A stretch of DNA of 64,000 bases from Chloroflexota bacterium (GCA_009840175.1 VXOI01000216.1:1774-65773); one strand, 5' to 3'; positions 9,370 to 19,198 are shown, counted from the first letter of the stretch. Numbers and translations: made by a program. Notes: a model not told the origin generated them from the sequence alone.

Positions 9370-10011
9370 ACGTCTGCCCTCCTGCCAACTGTCGCCATCA
9401 TTGAATGCTGCCGATTATAGGGCCGAGAAGAAGGAGCCGCCAGTGAAACTTCCAATCAGTCGGGCCTTTCCAAAGTTGTTCAATCGGCCACACCGTTAGT
9501 CCTGGGCTTGCCGGAAGGGCTGCCGATTTCCCTGACACTTACCCCTTGCCATGCCCCGTGACCACTATCTATCGTTTATTTCGGATGGCAAGCGCGGCCA
9601 CCGGCTATGCCGGTCAGGGGATGGCAGAGATGCGACAGGCGGAACCTTTTCGGAGGGGTCCAGGCTTGAGGTAAGGCAGTTACCGGACAGAAATTGACAC
9701 AGTCGGACAATTTTTCAGGAGTTAGCCCCATCGTGCCTTACATTTCCATGAACATCCATCGAACCTGCAACCAACCCGCCATTAGGTAAATGGCACAAAA
9801 TGGCAGGAAATGGCAGCGAAAACAAGAGTTAGGCGGTTTGCGACCCTGCCTGCCGGCCAGGTCTGTGATGAGAGTGCCGCGCCAGTAGCCGCTGGAATCA
9901 CGGCGCGATGGCCCAGAACCCTTCTCAACACTGGCAACCGCCCGCCCGTCATTGTGATATATTGCCCTGTGCTCTGGCATCAGTAGGCGCAGATTCAAGG
10001 AGGTCAGCAGG

Positions 10012-11046
10012 ATGGCCGACAAAGAACAGGACTGGGAGTATGGCCTGCGCACCGAGGGGCACGGGTCCGAAGGTGAAGGGATTGGGCCGGTTGTGCTGGG
10101 TGAGAACGGCTTCCACTACCGGGTGTCCGGGCACAACTGGGGCAACCTTCCCGAGGGCGTTGTTTATCAAGAAGGAACTTCGGTTGCAGTGGACTCGAAA
10201 GACCACGTCTACGTTTTCAACCGCGGCACCATTCCGATGCTCGTGTTCGACACGGATGGGAACCTGCTGCGCACCTGGGGAGACGGCGTGTTCGCCAACC
10301 CCCACGGCGTGACCATCGCTCCGGACGATACGGTCTTCTGCGTGGACAACGGCGACAGCACGGTACGCCAGTTCACTCCCGATGGGGAGCTGCTGATGAC
10401 CCTTGGCACACCGCACAAGCCCAGCCCCAAGATGAGCGGCGAGCCGTTCAGCGTTCCCGCCCATGTGGCCTTCGACCGGCGCACCGGCGAGTTCTACGTG
10501 GCCGACGGCTATTCCAACGCCAGGGTGCACAAGTACTCGCCCGATGGAAAGCTCTTGTATTCTTGGGGCGAATCGGGCACCGGGGACGGTCAGTTCAACA
10601 TCGTCCACAACGTGCAGGTGGACAATGACGGCTGGGTCCACGTAGCCGACCGGGAGAACCACCGTATCCAGGTGTTCAACTCCCATGGGAGGTACGAGGC
10701 CCAATGGGGTAACCTCTCCCGTGCCGCCGCAATCTGCATAGACGATCGTTCGGGCGAGGAACTGCTTTACATCGGCGAGTACTTCTGCGGCATCGCCACC
10801 AACGACATAGGCACCGACCTCGGGCCTCGCGTGACGGTGATGAACACCAAGGGCAATGTGCTGGCCAGGGTCGGACGTGAGAGCTACGGCGACCAGTCGG
10901 GCCGGTTCTATTCCCCCCACGGAATAGCCGTTGACTCAAAGGGAGACCTGTACGTGGCGGAAGTGTCCTGGACCGACTACGGCCGACACATGAACCCGCC
11001 CCGCGAGCTGCGCTCCATGCAGAAGCTGGTCAGGGTTCCCGACTAG
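10012..11046 (+). CDS. NHL-repeat beta-propeller, peptidyl-alpha-hydroxyglycine alpha-amidating lyase (PAL)-like
   Basis: YVADGYSNARVHKYSPDGKLLYSWG and VADRENHRIQVF closely resemble, from memory, the animal PAL blocks DGYCNSR and VADRENGRIQCF (catalytic Tyr and Arg). Three PHG/VH blocks could supply the Zn-ligand histidines. No signal peptide. AAGGAGG Shine-Dalgarno sequence. Confidence 0.75.
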   Translation: MADKEQDWEYGLRTEGHGSEGEGIGPVVLGENGFHYRVSGHNWGNLPEGVVYQEGTSVAVDSKDHVYVFNRGTIPMLVFDTDGNLLRTWGDGVFANPHGVTIAPDDTVFCVDNGDSTVRQFTPDGELLMTLGTPHKPSPKMSGEPFSVPAHVAFDRRTGEFYVADGYSNARVHKYSPDGKLLYSWGESGTGDGQFNIVHNVQVDNDGWVHVADRENHRIQVFNSHGRYEAQWGNLSRAAAICIDDRSGEELLYIGEYFCGIATNDIGTDLGPRVTVMNTKGNVLARVGRESYGDQSGRFYSPHGIAVDSKGDLYVAEVSWTDYGRHMNPPRELRSMQKLVRVPD

Positions 11047-11068
11047 CCCGCGGCGGCCATGCCGCCCG

Positions 11069-11482
11069 CTAAATGCCCAGCGCCGCTACCCCGGCCCGGG
11101 CGATTGCTTCATCATCCAGCCCGCTGGGCAGACCGCCGACTCCGATGGCCCCCACCACCGCCCCTTCGTGGAGAACGGCGACTCCTCCCGGTATGGCTAT
11201 CAACTGGGGATCGCCGAAGGACTCCAGCGTCCTGCCCGTGCTGCTGAGTTGCTCGGCGAAAGCGGCGGTATCAATGCCCCTGACTGCGGAGGTGTAAGCC
11301 TTGCGAATGGCGAAGGTGGGCCGGAGGCAGCGGTCCATCCGTGCGTATGCCAGCAGGTTGCCGGCGTCGTCCACCACGGCCATATCCACCTTGCGCCGGT
11401 CAGTATCCCGGTTGTAGTCGGCGATCATAGCGGCGATGGCGTTCTGGGCCTGTTCCAGGCTGATCATTGTCTTGTTCCACAT
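11069..11482 (-). CDS. GlcG/HbpS-like (DUF336) heme-binding protein
   Basis: About 137 aa with PGGVAV....GAIGVGG and a C-terminal ...DDEAIARAG, as in the GlcG family. Confidence 0.7.
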   Translation of the reverse strand: MWNKTMISLEQAQNAIAAMIADYNRDTDRRKVDMAVVDDAGNLLAYARMDRCLRPTFAIRKAYTSAVRGIDTAAFAEQLSSTGRTLESFGDPQLIAIPGGVAVLHEGAVVGAIGVGGLPSGLDDEAIARAGVAALGI

Positions 11483-11497
11483 ATTGCAACCTCTTTC

Positions 11498-12910
11498 CTA
11501 GATGTCGGCAGTTGGGGGTCTCATAGTGTGCCACGGAGTGTTCTGCTCGTAGGCGTGGGCCAGCCGGAACACCATCTGCTCGCCGCCGGGAGGCCCGGCT
11601 ATCTGAAGGCCCACCGGCAGCCCTCTGCCGCCGAAACCGCAGGGCACCGAAATGGCGGGAGAACTGGCCAAGTTGAAAGTGTTGGTTCGCATGAAGGGCA
11701 AACGGGACGCGGTTTCCTTGCCGGTCACCGGGGGATCCTCGGTGAGGGGAACCGCCTGTCGGCCGGAGGTTGGCATAACCAGCGCATCGTAGGCGCCAAA
11801 GGCCGCGAGGACATCGTTACGCAACAAGGTGCGGAGCTTCTGGGCCTTCAAGTATGCCTGGGCAGGGACGAGGCTGCCGGTGAGCAGTCCGATGCGGTTG
11901 TCGTGGCCGAAGTCGTGGAGCCGTTCGCGGACCCACTCCTTCATGTTCTGGGCAGGTTCGACCGCGAGCAGCGTACCGGCTATGGCGTTGGCGTGGGCCG
12001 CTAGAGGAATGGATACCTCTTCAACCTCGGCGCCCAGTTCCGCGAGGACACCAGCGGCGGCGGTGACCGCGTCTGCCACGTCTGGTTCCACCACGTCGGC
12101 ATGGAGCAGCTCGGTTACGATGCCAACTCGCTTGCCCCGGATGTCGCTGTCGAGCGCCTGCCGGTAGTCGGGCACCGGGGTGTTCCAGGTGGTCGGGTCC
12201 TTGGGGTCGTGACCGGCGATGGCCGAGAGGGTGATGGCCGCGTCCTCGACAGTGCGGGAGATGGGTCCGATGGTGTCCATGGACCACACCCCGCGCATGA
12301 GACCGTAGCGGCTGACCCGTCCCCAGCCGGGCCTCAGCCCGACGACGCCGCACCATGCCGCCGGACGGCGTATGGAGCCGCCGGTGTCCTCGCCCAGGGA
12401 GGTGGCGCAGAGGAAGGCAGCGGTAGCCGCCCCCGACCCACCGCTGGAGCCGCCTGCGGAGATGCTCAGGTCCCACGGATTGCGGGGGGTGCTGAAACGG
12501 TGGGTGAATCCGGTGATGGCGAACTCGCTGAGGTTGGTTTTGCCCAACAGGATTGCGCCAGCGTCCTTCAGTCTGGCGACTACCGTAGCGTCGTCGTCCG
12601 GCACGAAGTCGGCGGTGATGCGCGCGCCGCCGGTGGTGCGGATGCCCTTAGTCCAGATCTGGTCTTTGACCCCCACGGGTATCCCGTGCATCGGGCCTCG
12701 GTAGTTGCCAGCCAGGATTTCCTGTTCAGCCCGCCCCGCCTCTTCCAGTGCTTGCTGATGAAGCACAGTGATGAAGGAGTTGAACTTGAAGTCAAGGTCG
12801 TCAATCCGTTGCAGGTAGGCCTCGACCACCTCCACCGGAGACAATTCTTTACTCTCGATGAGGCCGGCAAGGGCTGACACGGAATGGAGAGGAAGTTCGC
12901 TCCGGGCCAT
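11498..12910 (-). CDS. Amidase (amidase-signature family)
   Basis: AS signature GGSSGGSGAATAA and catalytic K context GIPVGVKD. AGGAGG Shine-Dalgarno sequence. Confidence 0.9.
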   Translation of the reverse strand: MARSELPLHSVSALAGLIESKELSPVEVVEAYLQRIDDLDFKFNSFITVLHQQALEEAGRAEQEILAGNYRGPMHGIPVGVKDQIWTKGIRTTGGARITADFVPDDDATVVARLKDAGAILLGKTNLSEFAITGFTHRFSTPRNPWDLSISAGGSSGGSGAATAAFLCATSLGEDTGGSIRRPAAWCGVVGLRPGWGRVSRYGLMRGVWSMDTIGPISRTVEDAAITLSAIAGHDPKDPTTWNTPVPDYRQALDSDIRGKRVGIVTELLHADVVEPDVADAVTAAAGVLAELGAEVEEVSIPLAAHANAIAGTLLAVEPAQNMKEWVRERLHDFGHDNRIGLLTGSLVPAQAYLKAQKLRTLLRNDVLAAFGAYDALVMPTSGRQAVPLTEDPPVTGKETASRLPFMRTNTFNLASSPAISVPCGFGGRGLPVGLQIAGPPGGEQMVFRLAHAYEQNTPWHTMRPPTADI

Positions 12911-12992
12911 AAGGGCCTCCTACGGTTTCCGGCTCTCTGATTTACCTATGGAATTGAAGGTAATCATAGGGGGCAACCCCAAGAGGGTCAAC

Positions 12993-14393
12993 TCAAAGAG
13001 CCGGTTGTAGTCGGTGCTGGGTGGCTTCCTCGTAGGCGTGGCCCACCTGTACCAGCATCGGCTCGGTCAGGCGCCTGCCGACGAACTGGATACTGAGGGG
13101 CAGGCCCTCGCTGTTCAGTCCGGCGGGCAGGGATATGGTGGGCGCTCCGCTGAAATCGGCTGGTATGGTGAACCGTCCCCAGGTCCATTCTTCCTCTTCC
13201 ATCGGGCCGTAGAGGGCTTCCGGCGTGACCCGTTCCGGGGGCGTGGTCATGGAGGGGCAGACCAGCACGTCTATGCTGTCGAATATCTCGGACAGGGTCC
13301 CGTTGAAGGACAGCCTGGTGTAGCTGGCAATAGCATAGTCGGTGGCGCTGTGGCGCGAACCCAGCTCCAGCCAGCCCCGGAACCAGGGGCCGTATTCGTC
13401 GGCGCGAGATGGGAAGGTATCGCGGTGGGCCGCAGCCGCTTCCGCCGAGCGGAGCACGCCCCAGGCCCGGGAGAGAGGCTCGGTGTCGGGCATTCGCACC
13501 GGCATCAGCCTGGCTCCCATGCTCTCCAGCAGACGGGCTCCTTCCAGCACCGCCGCGGCCAGCTCGGAGTCTACCTCGTCGCCGATGTACCGCTCGTCAA
13601 CGCCGATGCGGACGCCGCGCACTCCCTGGGACATCCCTCCCAGCATATTAGGCACCGGGGCGGTGAGCGAAGTGGGGTCGTTGGGGTCGTGTCCGGCGAT
13701 GGCTTGCAGCATCACTCCGGCGTCGGTGGCGCTGCGGGTCATAGGGCCGATGTGGTCAAGGGATTCGGCCAGGGCCAGCACGCCGTAGCGGCTCACCCGC
13801 CCCCAGGTGGGCTTGATTCCCACGGTGCCGCAGGCGGCGGACGGGAACCTGATGGAGCCGCCGGTATCGCTGCCCAGCGAGCCGTAGCACAACCCGGCGG
13901 CGGTCGCCACCCCAGAGCCGCTGGAGGACGCGCCGGACCAGCGGTCGGCGCCCCAGGGGTTCACCGGAATGTCGAACTCCGGGTTGTAGCCAGCCATCGC
14001 ACCTTCGGTGAGGTTCAGCTTGCCGAGAATCACGGCCCCAGCGGCGTTGAGCTTCTGCACCACTGTGCCGTCGAAGTCGGGCACGAAATCCCGCAAGACT
14101 TGAGCGCCGCCCATGGTGGCGACGCCGGTGGTGAAGCACAGGTCCTTGACGGCGATGGGAATCCCGTGGAGTCCGCCCCGGTAATTTCCGGCAGCAATCT
14201 CCTGCTCGGCAGCACGGGCCGATGCCATAGCCGAGTCGGTCATAACCGTGGCGTAGCTCTTGAGTCCGCCGTCCAGGGCCTCGATGCGCTCCAGGATGGC
14301 CTGGGTCAGTTCCACGGGAGACAGCTCCCTGGCCTGTAGGCGGGCGCCCACTTCCGCGATGGTCTGGTAGTGCAAAGGCGTATCAGGCATCAT
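12993..14393 (-). CDS. Amidase (amidase-signature family), paralog
   Basis: GASSSGSGVATAAG signature and GIPIAVKD. Same architecture as the neighbouring amidase. Confidence 0.9.
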   Translation of the reverse strand: MMPDTPLHYQTIAEVGARLQARELSPVELTQAILERIEALDGGLKSYATVMTDSAMASARAAEQEIAAGNYRGGLHGIPIAVKDLCFTTGVATMGGAQVLRDFVPDFDGTVVQKLNAAGAVILGKLNLTEGAMAGYNPEFDIPVNPWGADRWSGASSSGSGVATAAGLCYGSLGSDTGGSIRFPSAACGTVGIKPTWGRVSRYGVLALAESLDHIGPMTRSATDAGVMLQAIAGHDPNDPTSLTAPVPNMLGGMSQGVRGVRIGVDERYIGDEVDSELAAAVLEGARLLESMGARLMPVRMPDTEPLSRAWGVLRSAEAAAAHRDTFPSRADEYGPWFRGWLELGSRHSATDYAIASYTRLSFNGTLSEIFDSIDVLVCPSMTTPPERVTPEALYGPMEEEEWTWGRFTIPADFSGAPTISLPAGLNSEGLPLSIQFVGRRLTEPMLVQVGHAYEEATQHRLQPAL

Positions 14394-14503
14394 TCCACTC
14401 CTGTTTCGTTCCGCTGGCTCTCCGCAGAGGATACCGGATGCGGGGGCGATGGTAAACTTGGTGCAGCATCGCGTCCCAATCCGCAGCAGGAGATACGATC
14501 AAA

Positions 14504-15427
14504 ATGCGTATTGCCGTACCCGACCTGGTTTCCAACTCCTATTTTCCGGCGGTGGCCGCCGTGGAACTGGGGTTCTTCAAGGCCCAGGGAATAGACATGG
14601 AGTTGGAGATGGTCTTTCCGATTCCCAAGGCCATGGAAGGGCTGCGGGACGGCAGCATTGACTTCGTGGCCGGGCCTGCCCACGCGACACTGTCGGCGTT
14701 TCCCGGCTGGGATGGCGCAAAGCTGCTGGCGGCACTGTCCCAGCATACCTTCTGGGTGTTGGTGATGAGCGCTGACCTGGGGGTGCAACCCGGGGATGTG
14801 GAGGCGGTCAAAGGGCGACGCATTGGGGCAGCGCCGGGGCCGGACGCCGCGTTTCGCGCTCTGCTGACTGACGCGGGCATTGAGCCGGATAGGGACGGCG
14901 TGACGCTGGCCCCGGTTCCCGGCAGCGGTGAGCCCGGGGTGTCCTTCGGCGTTCATGCGGCACAGGCGTTGGAGAACGGCATGATAGACGGATTCTGGGC
15001 AAACGCAATGGGTGCCGAGGTGTCAGTGCGGAGCGGGATAGGCAGCGTGGTTCTGGACCCACGCCAAGGCGTGGGGCCGCTGGGGGCAAGAGACTATACC
15101 TTTGCGGCGCTGGTCACCACCGACAGGCTGATCGAGGACTCTCCAGCCACCGCAGAAGGAGCGGTGAGGGCGGTGGTGGAGGCGCAACGGGCGCTGCGGG
15201 CCGATCCGTCGCGGGCTGCGGATGTGGGGCAGCGGCTGTTCCCGTCTGACGAAGCGGTGCTAATCGAGGAACTGGTGCGGCGGGATGCTCCCTATTACAC
15301 CGCTGGAATATCCCCGGAATCCGTGACCAGCCTCAACGAGTTCTGCCGGAATCTTGGTCGGCTCTCTGGCGGCGTGGCCTATGAGCAGGTGGTTGCCAGC
15401 CGGTTTGCTCATCTCTGGGCTGAATAG
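14504..15427 (+). CDS. NMT1/THI5- or SsuA/TauA-like periplasmic-binding-fold protein without a signal peptide
   Basis: MRIAVPDLVSNSYFPAVAAVELGFFKAQGIDMEL... resembles aliphatic sulfonate/nitrate-type binding proteins. No N-terminal hydrophobic leader and no ABC permease or ATPase nearby. Confidence 0.6.
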   Translation: MRIAVPDLVSNSYFPAVAAVELGFFKAQGIDMELEMVFPIPKAMEGLRDGSIDFVAGPAHATLSAFPGWDGAKLLAALSQHTFWVLVMSADLGVQPGDVEAVKGRRIGAAPGPDAAFRALLTDAGIEPDRDGVTLAPVPGSGEPGVSFGVHAAQALENGMIDGFWANAMGAEVSVRSGIGSVVLDPRQGVGPLGARDYTFAALVTTDRLIEDSPATAEGAVRAVVEAQRALRADPSRAADVGQRLFPSDEAVLIEELVRRDAPYYTAGISPESVTSLNEFCRNLGRLSGGVAYEQVVASRFAHLWAE

Positions 15428-15439
15428 CAGGTGTGTTTT

Positions 15440-16432
15440 ATGAAAGTTGATATCAGGGTGCCCGTTGGCCTGCCGGTGCAGGAGACCGCCGATTTCATCG
15501 CCGGATGTGAGGCCGCTGGTTTCTCAGGAGTCGGAATCCACGACCACCAGCACAGCGGGCGGGACGTTTTTCTCACGCTGGCTCTGGCCGCCGAGCGGAC
15601 TTCCCGGCTCACCCTATACCCGGCAACCACCAACCCGGTCACCCGGCATCCCATGGTGCTGGCGTCGCTGGCTCACTCGCTGGAGGAGGTTGCGCCGGAG
15701 CGGATACGCCTGACCGTTGGCCCCGGCTACTTAGCCGTCGGCAATATCGGGCGGCCAAGGGCTACGGTAGATGCCATGCGCCGGGCTATCTTGACCATTC
15801 GCGGGTTGCTCCGGGGCGAGCGGCTGGAGTTCAGCGGGGTGGAGACCCGGCTGCGCAATGTGAGCGAGCGGCCGACGCCGGTGTTCATGACCGCCGCCGG
15901 GCCGCGGATGGTGGAGTTGGCCGGCGAGGTCGCCGATGGCGCGTTGCTGCTGGTCGGGCTGCATCCCAAGGCGGTGGAGGCCGCCCGCCGCCGACTGGAA
16001 GCCGGGGCGGCGCGAGCCGGACGCAGCCTCGACGGTTTTCAGACTATCTTCATCACGCCCACCACGGTGGCGGACGATGGCCCGGCTGCCCGACGCTTTC
16101 CGCAACAGTGGTTCCGTTCTGACCAGCCCTACCTGAAATACCCCAGCGACTCCAACCTTGTCTGGCTAAGGGAGGCCGGCATTGACCTAGCCGACGATTT
16201 CGTGCCCGAGAGTATCGGCGATGCGCAGGCGGCAGAAATATGCGACGCCTTCGGTCTGTTCGGGACAGCCGAGGAATGCCTGGCCAGGCTGAAGCGGGCC
16301 AGGAGCGAATCGGGCATCGAGCACGTATTCATCTTTCCCACCCACACCCAGGAGGGTGGTTACGATATGCCGCAGGCCGAGGTGAACGCCTTCCGGGAAA
16401 CAATTATCCCCGGGCTGGTGGCCCTTCCGTGA
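15440..16432 (+). CDS. LLM-class (luciferase-like) flavin/F420-dependent oxidoreductase
   Basis: TIM-barrel LLM pattern (GFSGVGIHDH..., LTVGPG, GLFGTAEEC). Start chosen at the ATG at 15440 (MKVDIRV). Confidence 0.8.
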   Translation: MKVDIRVPVGLPVQETADFIAGCEAAGFSGVGIHDHQHSGRDVFLTLALAAERTSRLTLYPATTNPVTRHPMVLASLAHSLEEVAPERIRLTVGPGYLAVGNIGRPRATVDAMRRAILTIRGLLRGERLEFSGVETRLRNVSERPTPVFMTAAGPRMVELAGEVADGALLLVGLHPKAVEAARRRLEAGAARAGRSLDGFQTIFITPTTVADDGPAARRFPQQWFRSDQPYLKYPSDSNLVWLREAGIDLADDFVPESIGDAQAAEICDAFGLFGTAEECLARLKRARSESGIEHVFIFPTHTQEGGYDMPQAEVNAFRETIIPGLVALP

Positions 16433-16482
16433 CAGCCTTGCGGTGACATCCGGTTCGGCAGTCTAGGCCCCCAAAGCAAACC

Positions 16483-17427
16483 TCAGTCAGCCGTTTCTGC
16501 GAACACTGGCATCACTTCCCTGGCAAACAGTTCCATGCTCTCGGTGGGGATGGGGTCGGGGAAGAGTAGGAAGAAATAGGTTATCCCGTTGTCAACGTAT
16601 CTCTTGATTTGTTCCACGCACTGCTCCGGCGTTCCGGCGATGGCCCGGGACAACGAAGCCCAATACTCAGCCTCGGTAAGATTCGCTTTGGCCGCCCCTT
16701 CGGAAACCAGGCCATTAAACTCAGACTCGCTGCCGGCAATCACAACCCTGGTGTTGTGGCTTACTTCTATCTCCGAAGGTTCCCGTCCGACATTTCGACA
16801 GTGTTCCCCAAGAACATCAAGGCTCGCCCTGTGCTCCTCGAGGTCCATCTCGAAACCCACGTTGCAGATGTCCGCATACCTTGCCACTGCCCGGAAAAGG
16901 TGTCTCTCTCCGTGTCCCCCTATCAGGAATGGAGGGTGCGGCTTCTGGACGGGTCCTGGAAGGTTTCTTGCTCCGTTCAGAGAATAGTACTCTCCCTCGA
17001 AGGTCACCTCATCTTCCGTCCACAGCCTCTTCATCATCTCTATGGACTCTTCCAGCATTTTCACCCTCACGGAAGTGGGAGGGAATTCCAGACCGGAGGC
17101 CAGGTGGTCCCCCCTGCCACCGCCAGCGCCGATTCCCACTTCCAACCTGCCGTTGCTGATGACATCCAGAGTAGAGGCCATCTTGGCAAAGACCGCAGGG
17201 TGGCGGTAGGTATTTGCGAGCACCAGAGGAGTAATCCTGATCCGGCTGGTCTCGGCAGCCAGGGCCGAAAGGGTGGTCCAGCACTCGAGGGTAGGCACAT
17301 TCAGCAGGTCGTAAAGCGTCGCGGAATAGTATCCCAGCCTGTCGGCCTCCATCCAGATCCGCCTGAGTGACTGGTAGGTGTAGCCTCCCTGATGTATGCG
17401 GACGCTGAACTTGACCTTGTTATTCAT
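16483..17427 (-). CDS. LLM-class F420/flavin-dependent oxidoreductase
   Basis: RLEVGIGAGG and AGTPEQCVEQIKRY are LLM hallmarks. Start chosen at MNNKVKFSV. Confidence 0.85.
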   Translation of the reverse strand: MNNKVKFSVRIHQGGYTYQSLRRIWMEADRLGYYSATLYDLLNVPTLECWTTLSALAAETSRIRITPLVLANTYRHPAVFAKMASTLDVISNGRLEVGIGAGGGRGDHLASGLEFPPTSVRVKMLEESIEMMKRLWTEDEVTFEGEYYSLNGARNLPGPVQKPHPPFLIGGHGERHLFRAVARYADICNVGFEMDLEEHRASLDVLGEHCRNVGREPSEIEVSHNTRVVIAGSESEFNGLVSEGAAKANLTEAEYWASLSRAIAGTPEQCVEQIKRYVDNGITYFFLLFPDPIPTESMELFAREVMPVFAETAD

Positions 17428-17565
17428 AGCTCTGACTAACAGCCTCAATTAACTCATCAACCAGAGGGGGTTTCCCGCGCATTTTGACTTCAACGGGCGG
17501 CGCCCTGTCATCTCAATCCGGCATTCAGGCTCACAGGCTCTTGGGGGGTCTTCCGGGGCATTCCT

Positions 17566-18576
17566 TTAGCCACAGGCTGGGATGACCTCTTCGCCGAACA
17601 GCCGTATGGCCTCCATTATCCTCTCGTGAGACGGGCCTCCCGAGTGGGCGTGGCGCAGCCGCAGCAGGAAGTATTCCGCTCCCACGGCCTCGCTCCAGCG
17701 CTGGAACTCTGCAACGCATTCCTCAGGTTCCCCCAGAATCAGCCGGTCCCTCCCCAGATTGTCCAGGGTTATTTCGTTTTCCGACCCGATGCTGCGGAAT
17801 TCTGAGAGCCCGTTGCGCCAGTAGTACTTGTAGGCTGTCATCACCTCCGGGCCGTACACCTCTTCGGCTTCGGCGCGGGTCTCGGCCACCCAGGCGTCCC
17901 GCATCAGGACCACGAGCGGCTCCCGCCCTTCCTGTACGGCGGCCTCCCGGTAGGTCTCCACCAGTTCGATGGTGTTGGCGAGGTCGGTGCTGGGCCCGGC
18001 CACGAACCCGTCGGCCATGCGTCCAGCCCGGCGCGCTCCAGGCGGGGTGCTGGCCCCGATCCACAAAGGAGGAGCAGGCTGCTGAAACGGGCTGGGCGTG
18101 ATGTGCAGGTTTTCCAGTTGATGGTATTCGCCATGGAAGGAGAAGGGTTCACCGCTCCAGCAGTGTCGGATGATCTCCACGCCCTCCTCGAACCGGCCCA
18201 CCCGCTGGCGCACTGGCACTTCGAAGGCCCGGAAGTCCGCCTCCTGGTATCCCAGACCCACGCCCAGAATTATCCGCCCCTTGGACACCAGATCCAGGGT
18301 AATCACGTCCTCCGCCAAGTGTACCGGGTTGTGCAGGGGCAGCAGGATCACCGACGTGCCTACGTTCAGGGTGCTGGTGTGGGCGGCCACCGCCGTAGCC
18401 ACGATCAACGGCGAAGGCAGAAAGCCGTCCCGGTCCTGGTGGTGCTCGCCGAAGAAGCAGGAGTCGAATCCCACCTCTTCTGCCAGTTTCGCCTCGGCGA
18501 TAACCTCATCTATTCGTTGGTCCAGCCGCTCGCCCCGGGGCGGGTCGGCGATTGAGCTGTAGATGCCGAACTTCAT
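17566..18576 (-). CDS. LLM-class flavin-dependent oxidoreductase
   Basis: MKFGIYSS..., GFDSCFFGEHH, RIILGVGLGY, ILGEPEECVAEF. Confidence 0.85.
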   Translation of the reverse strand: MKFGIYSSIADPPRGERLDQRIDEVIAEAKLAEEVGFDSCFFGEHHQDRDGFLPSPLIVATAVAAHTSTLNVGTSVILLPLHNPVHLAEDVITLDLVSKGRIILGVGLGYQEADFRAFEVPVRQRVGRFEEGVEIIRHCWSGEPFSFHGEYHQLENLHITPSPFQQPAPPLWIGASTPPGARRAGRMADGFVAGPSTDLANTIELVETYREAAVQEGREPLVVLMRDAWVAETRAEAEEVYGPEVMTAYKYYWRNGLSEFRSIGSENEITLDNLGRDRLILGEPEECVAEFQRWSEAVGAEYFLLRLRHAHSGGPSHERIMEAIRLFGEEVIPACG

Positions 18577-18748
18577 ACTTGTTCTCCCAAGGAGTGCCGC
18601 CAGACTACGCTGCCGTTCCGGCTTCTGCCGTAATGAGGGAATTAAAGCGGTCGCACGTCTGGCAACTCAATTTCACGACACCATACAGGTCGCAATTCCC
18701 TCCCTCGTCAGCGAGGTCAGATCTAACGAAATTGTCGTCGCCGTTTTC

Positions 18749-19198
18749 TTACTCAGTGGGTCGAAGGTAGCGGCGCAGTCTATCCTCCAGGCTTGGCCGC
18801 TCGTCGGCATCGGCGGATTGCCCTCCGGCGTGGCTTCTCATCCTGAGGGCATCTGCTTCGGCTGTCGCGTATGCCCTGACGAGTATCCTCGGCCCTGCGA
18901 CTTCCGGGTCCAACTGGATTCTTTCAGAATTCGGGCCGGTGGACCAGCCATGCCTGAAGATTGCCAATTGGAAGGCGAGCGCCTCTAATCCCACGACCGC
19001 CTCCACTACTCGCTTGCGTTCGTCCTCGGGCATCTCGGACCAGTTGTCCTGGATGGCCCTGTCGGCTGCTTCGTGGACCACTGCTTTCTGGGTTTCCTCG
19101 TCCGCTCCCTGTTCCAGTCGCAGGCCTGCGACCGCTCCCCGCTGGCGTTCGAATTTTTCTGTCTCGGTTTCGTGTCGGTTCATCTTCCTTACACTCAC
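18749..19198 (-). CDS. Hypothetical protein (acidic, helical)
   Basis: Open frame with normal composition between LLM genes and no motif I recognise. The start is ambiguous (GTG at 19198 or ATG at 19183). Confidence 0.45.
   Translation of the reverse strand: MSVRKMNRHETETEKFERQRGAVAGLRLEQGADEETQKAVVHEAADRAIQDNWSEMPEDERKRVVEAVVGLEALAFQLAIFRHGWSTGPNSERIQLDPEVAGPRILVRAYATAEADALRMRSHAGGQSADADERPSLEDRLRRYLRPTE

Noticed and set aside
9790-9815. TGGCAC in the AAATGGCAC-AAAATGGCAG repeats as a sigma-54 (-24/-12) promoter.
   Set aside because: The required GG-N10-GC spacing with a TTGC(A/T) -12 element is not met. The next element is another ATGGCA repeat, not TTGC.
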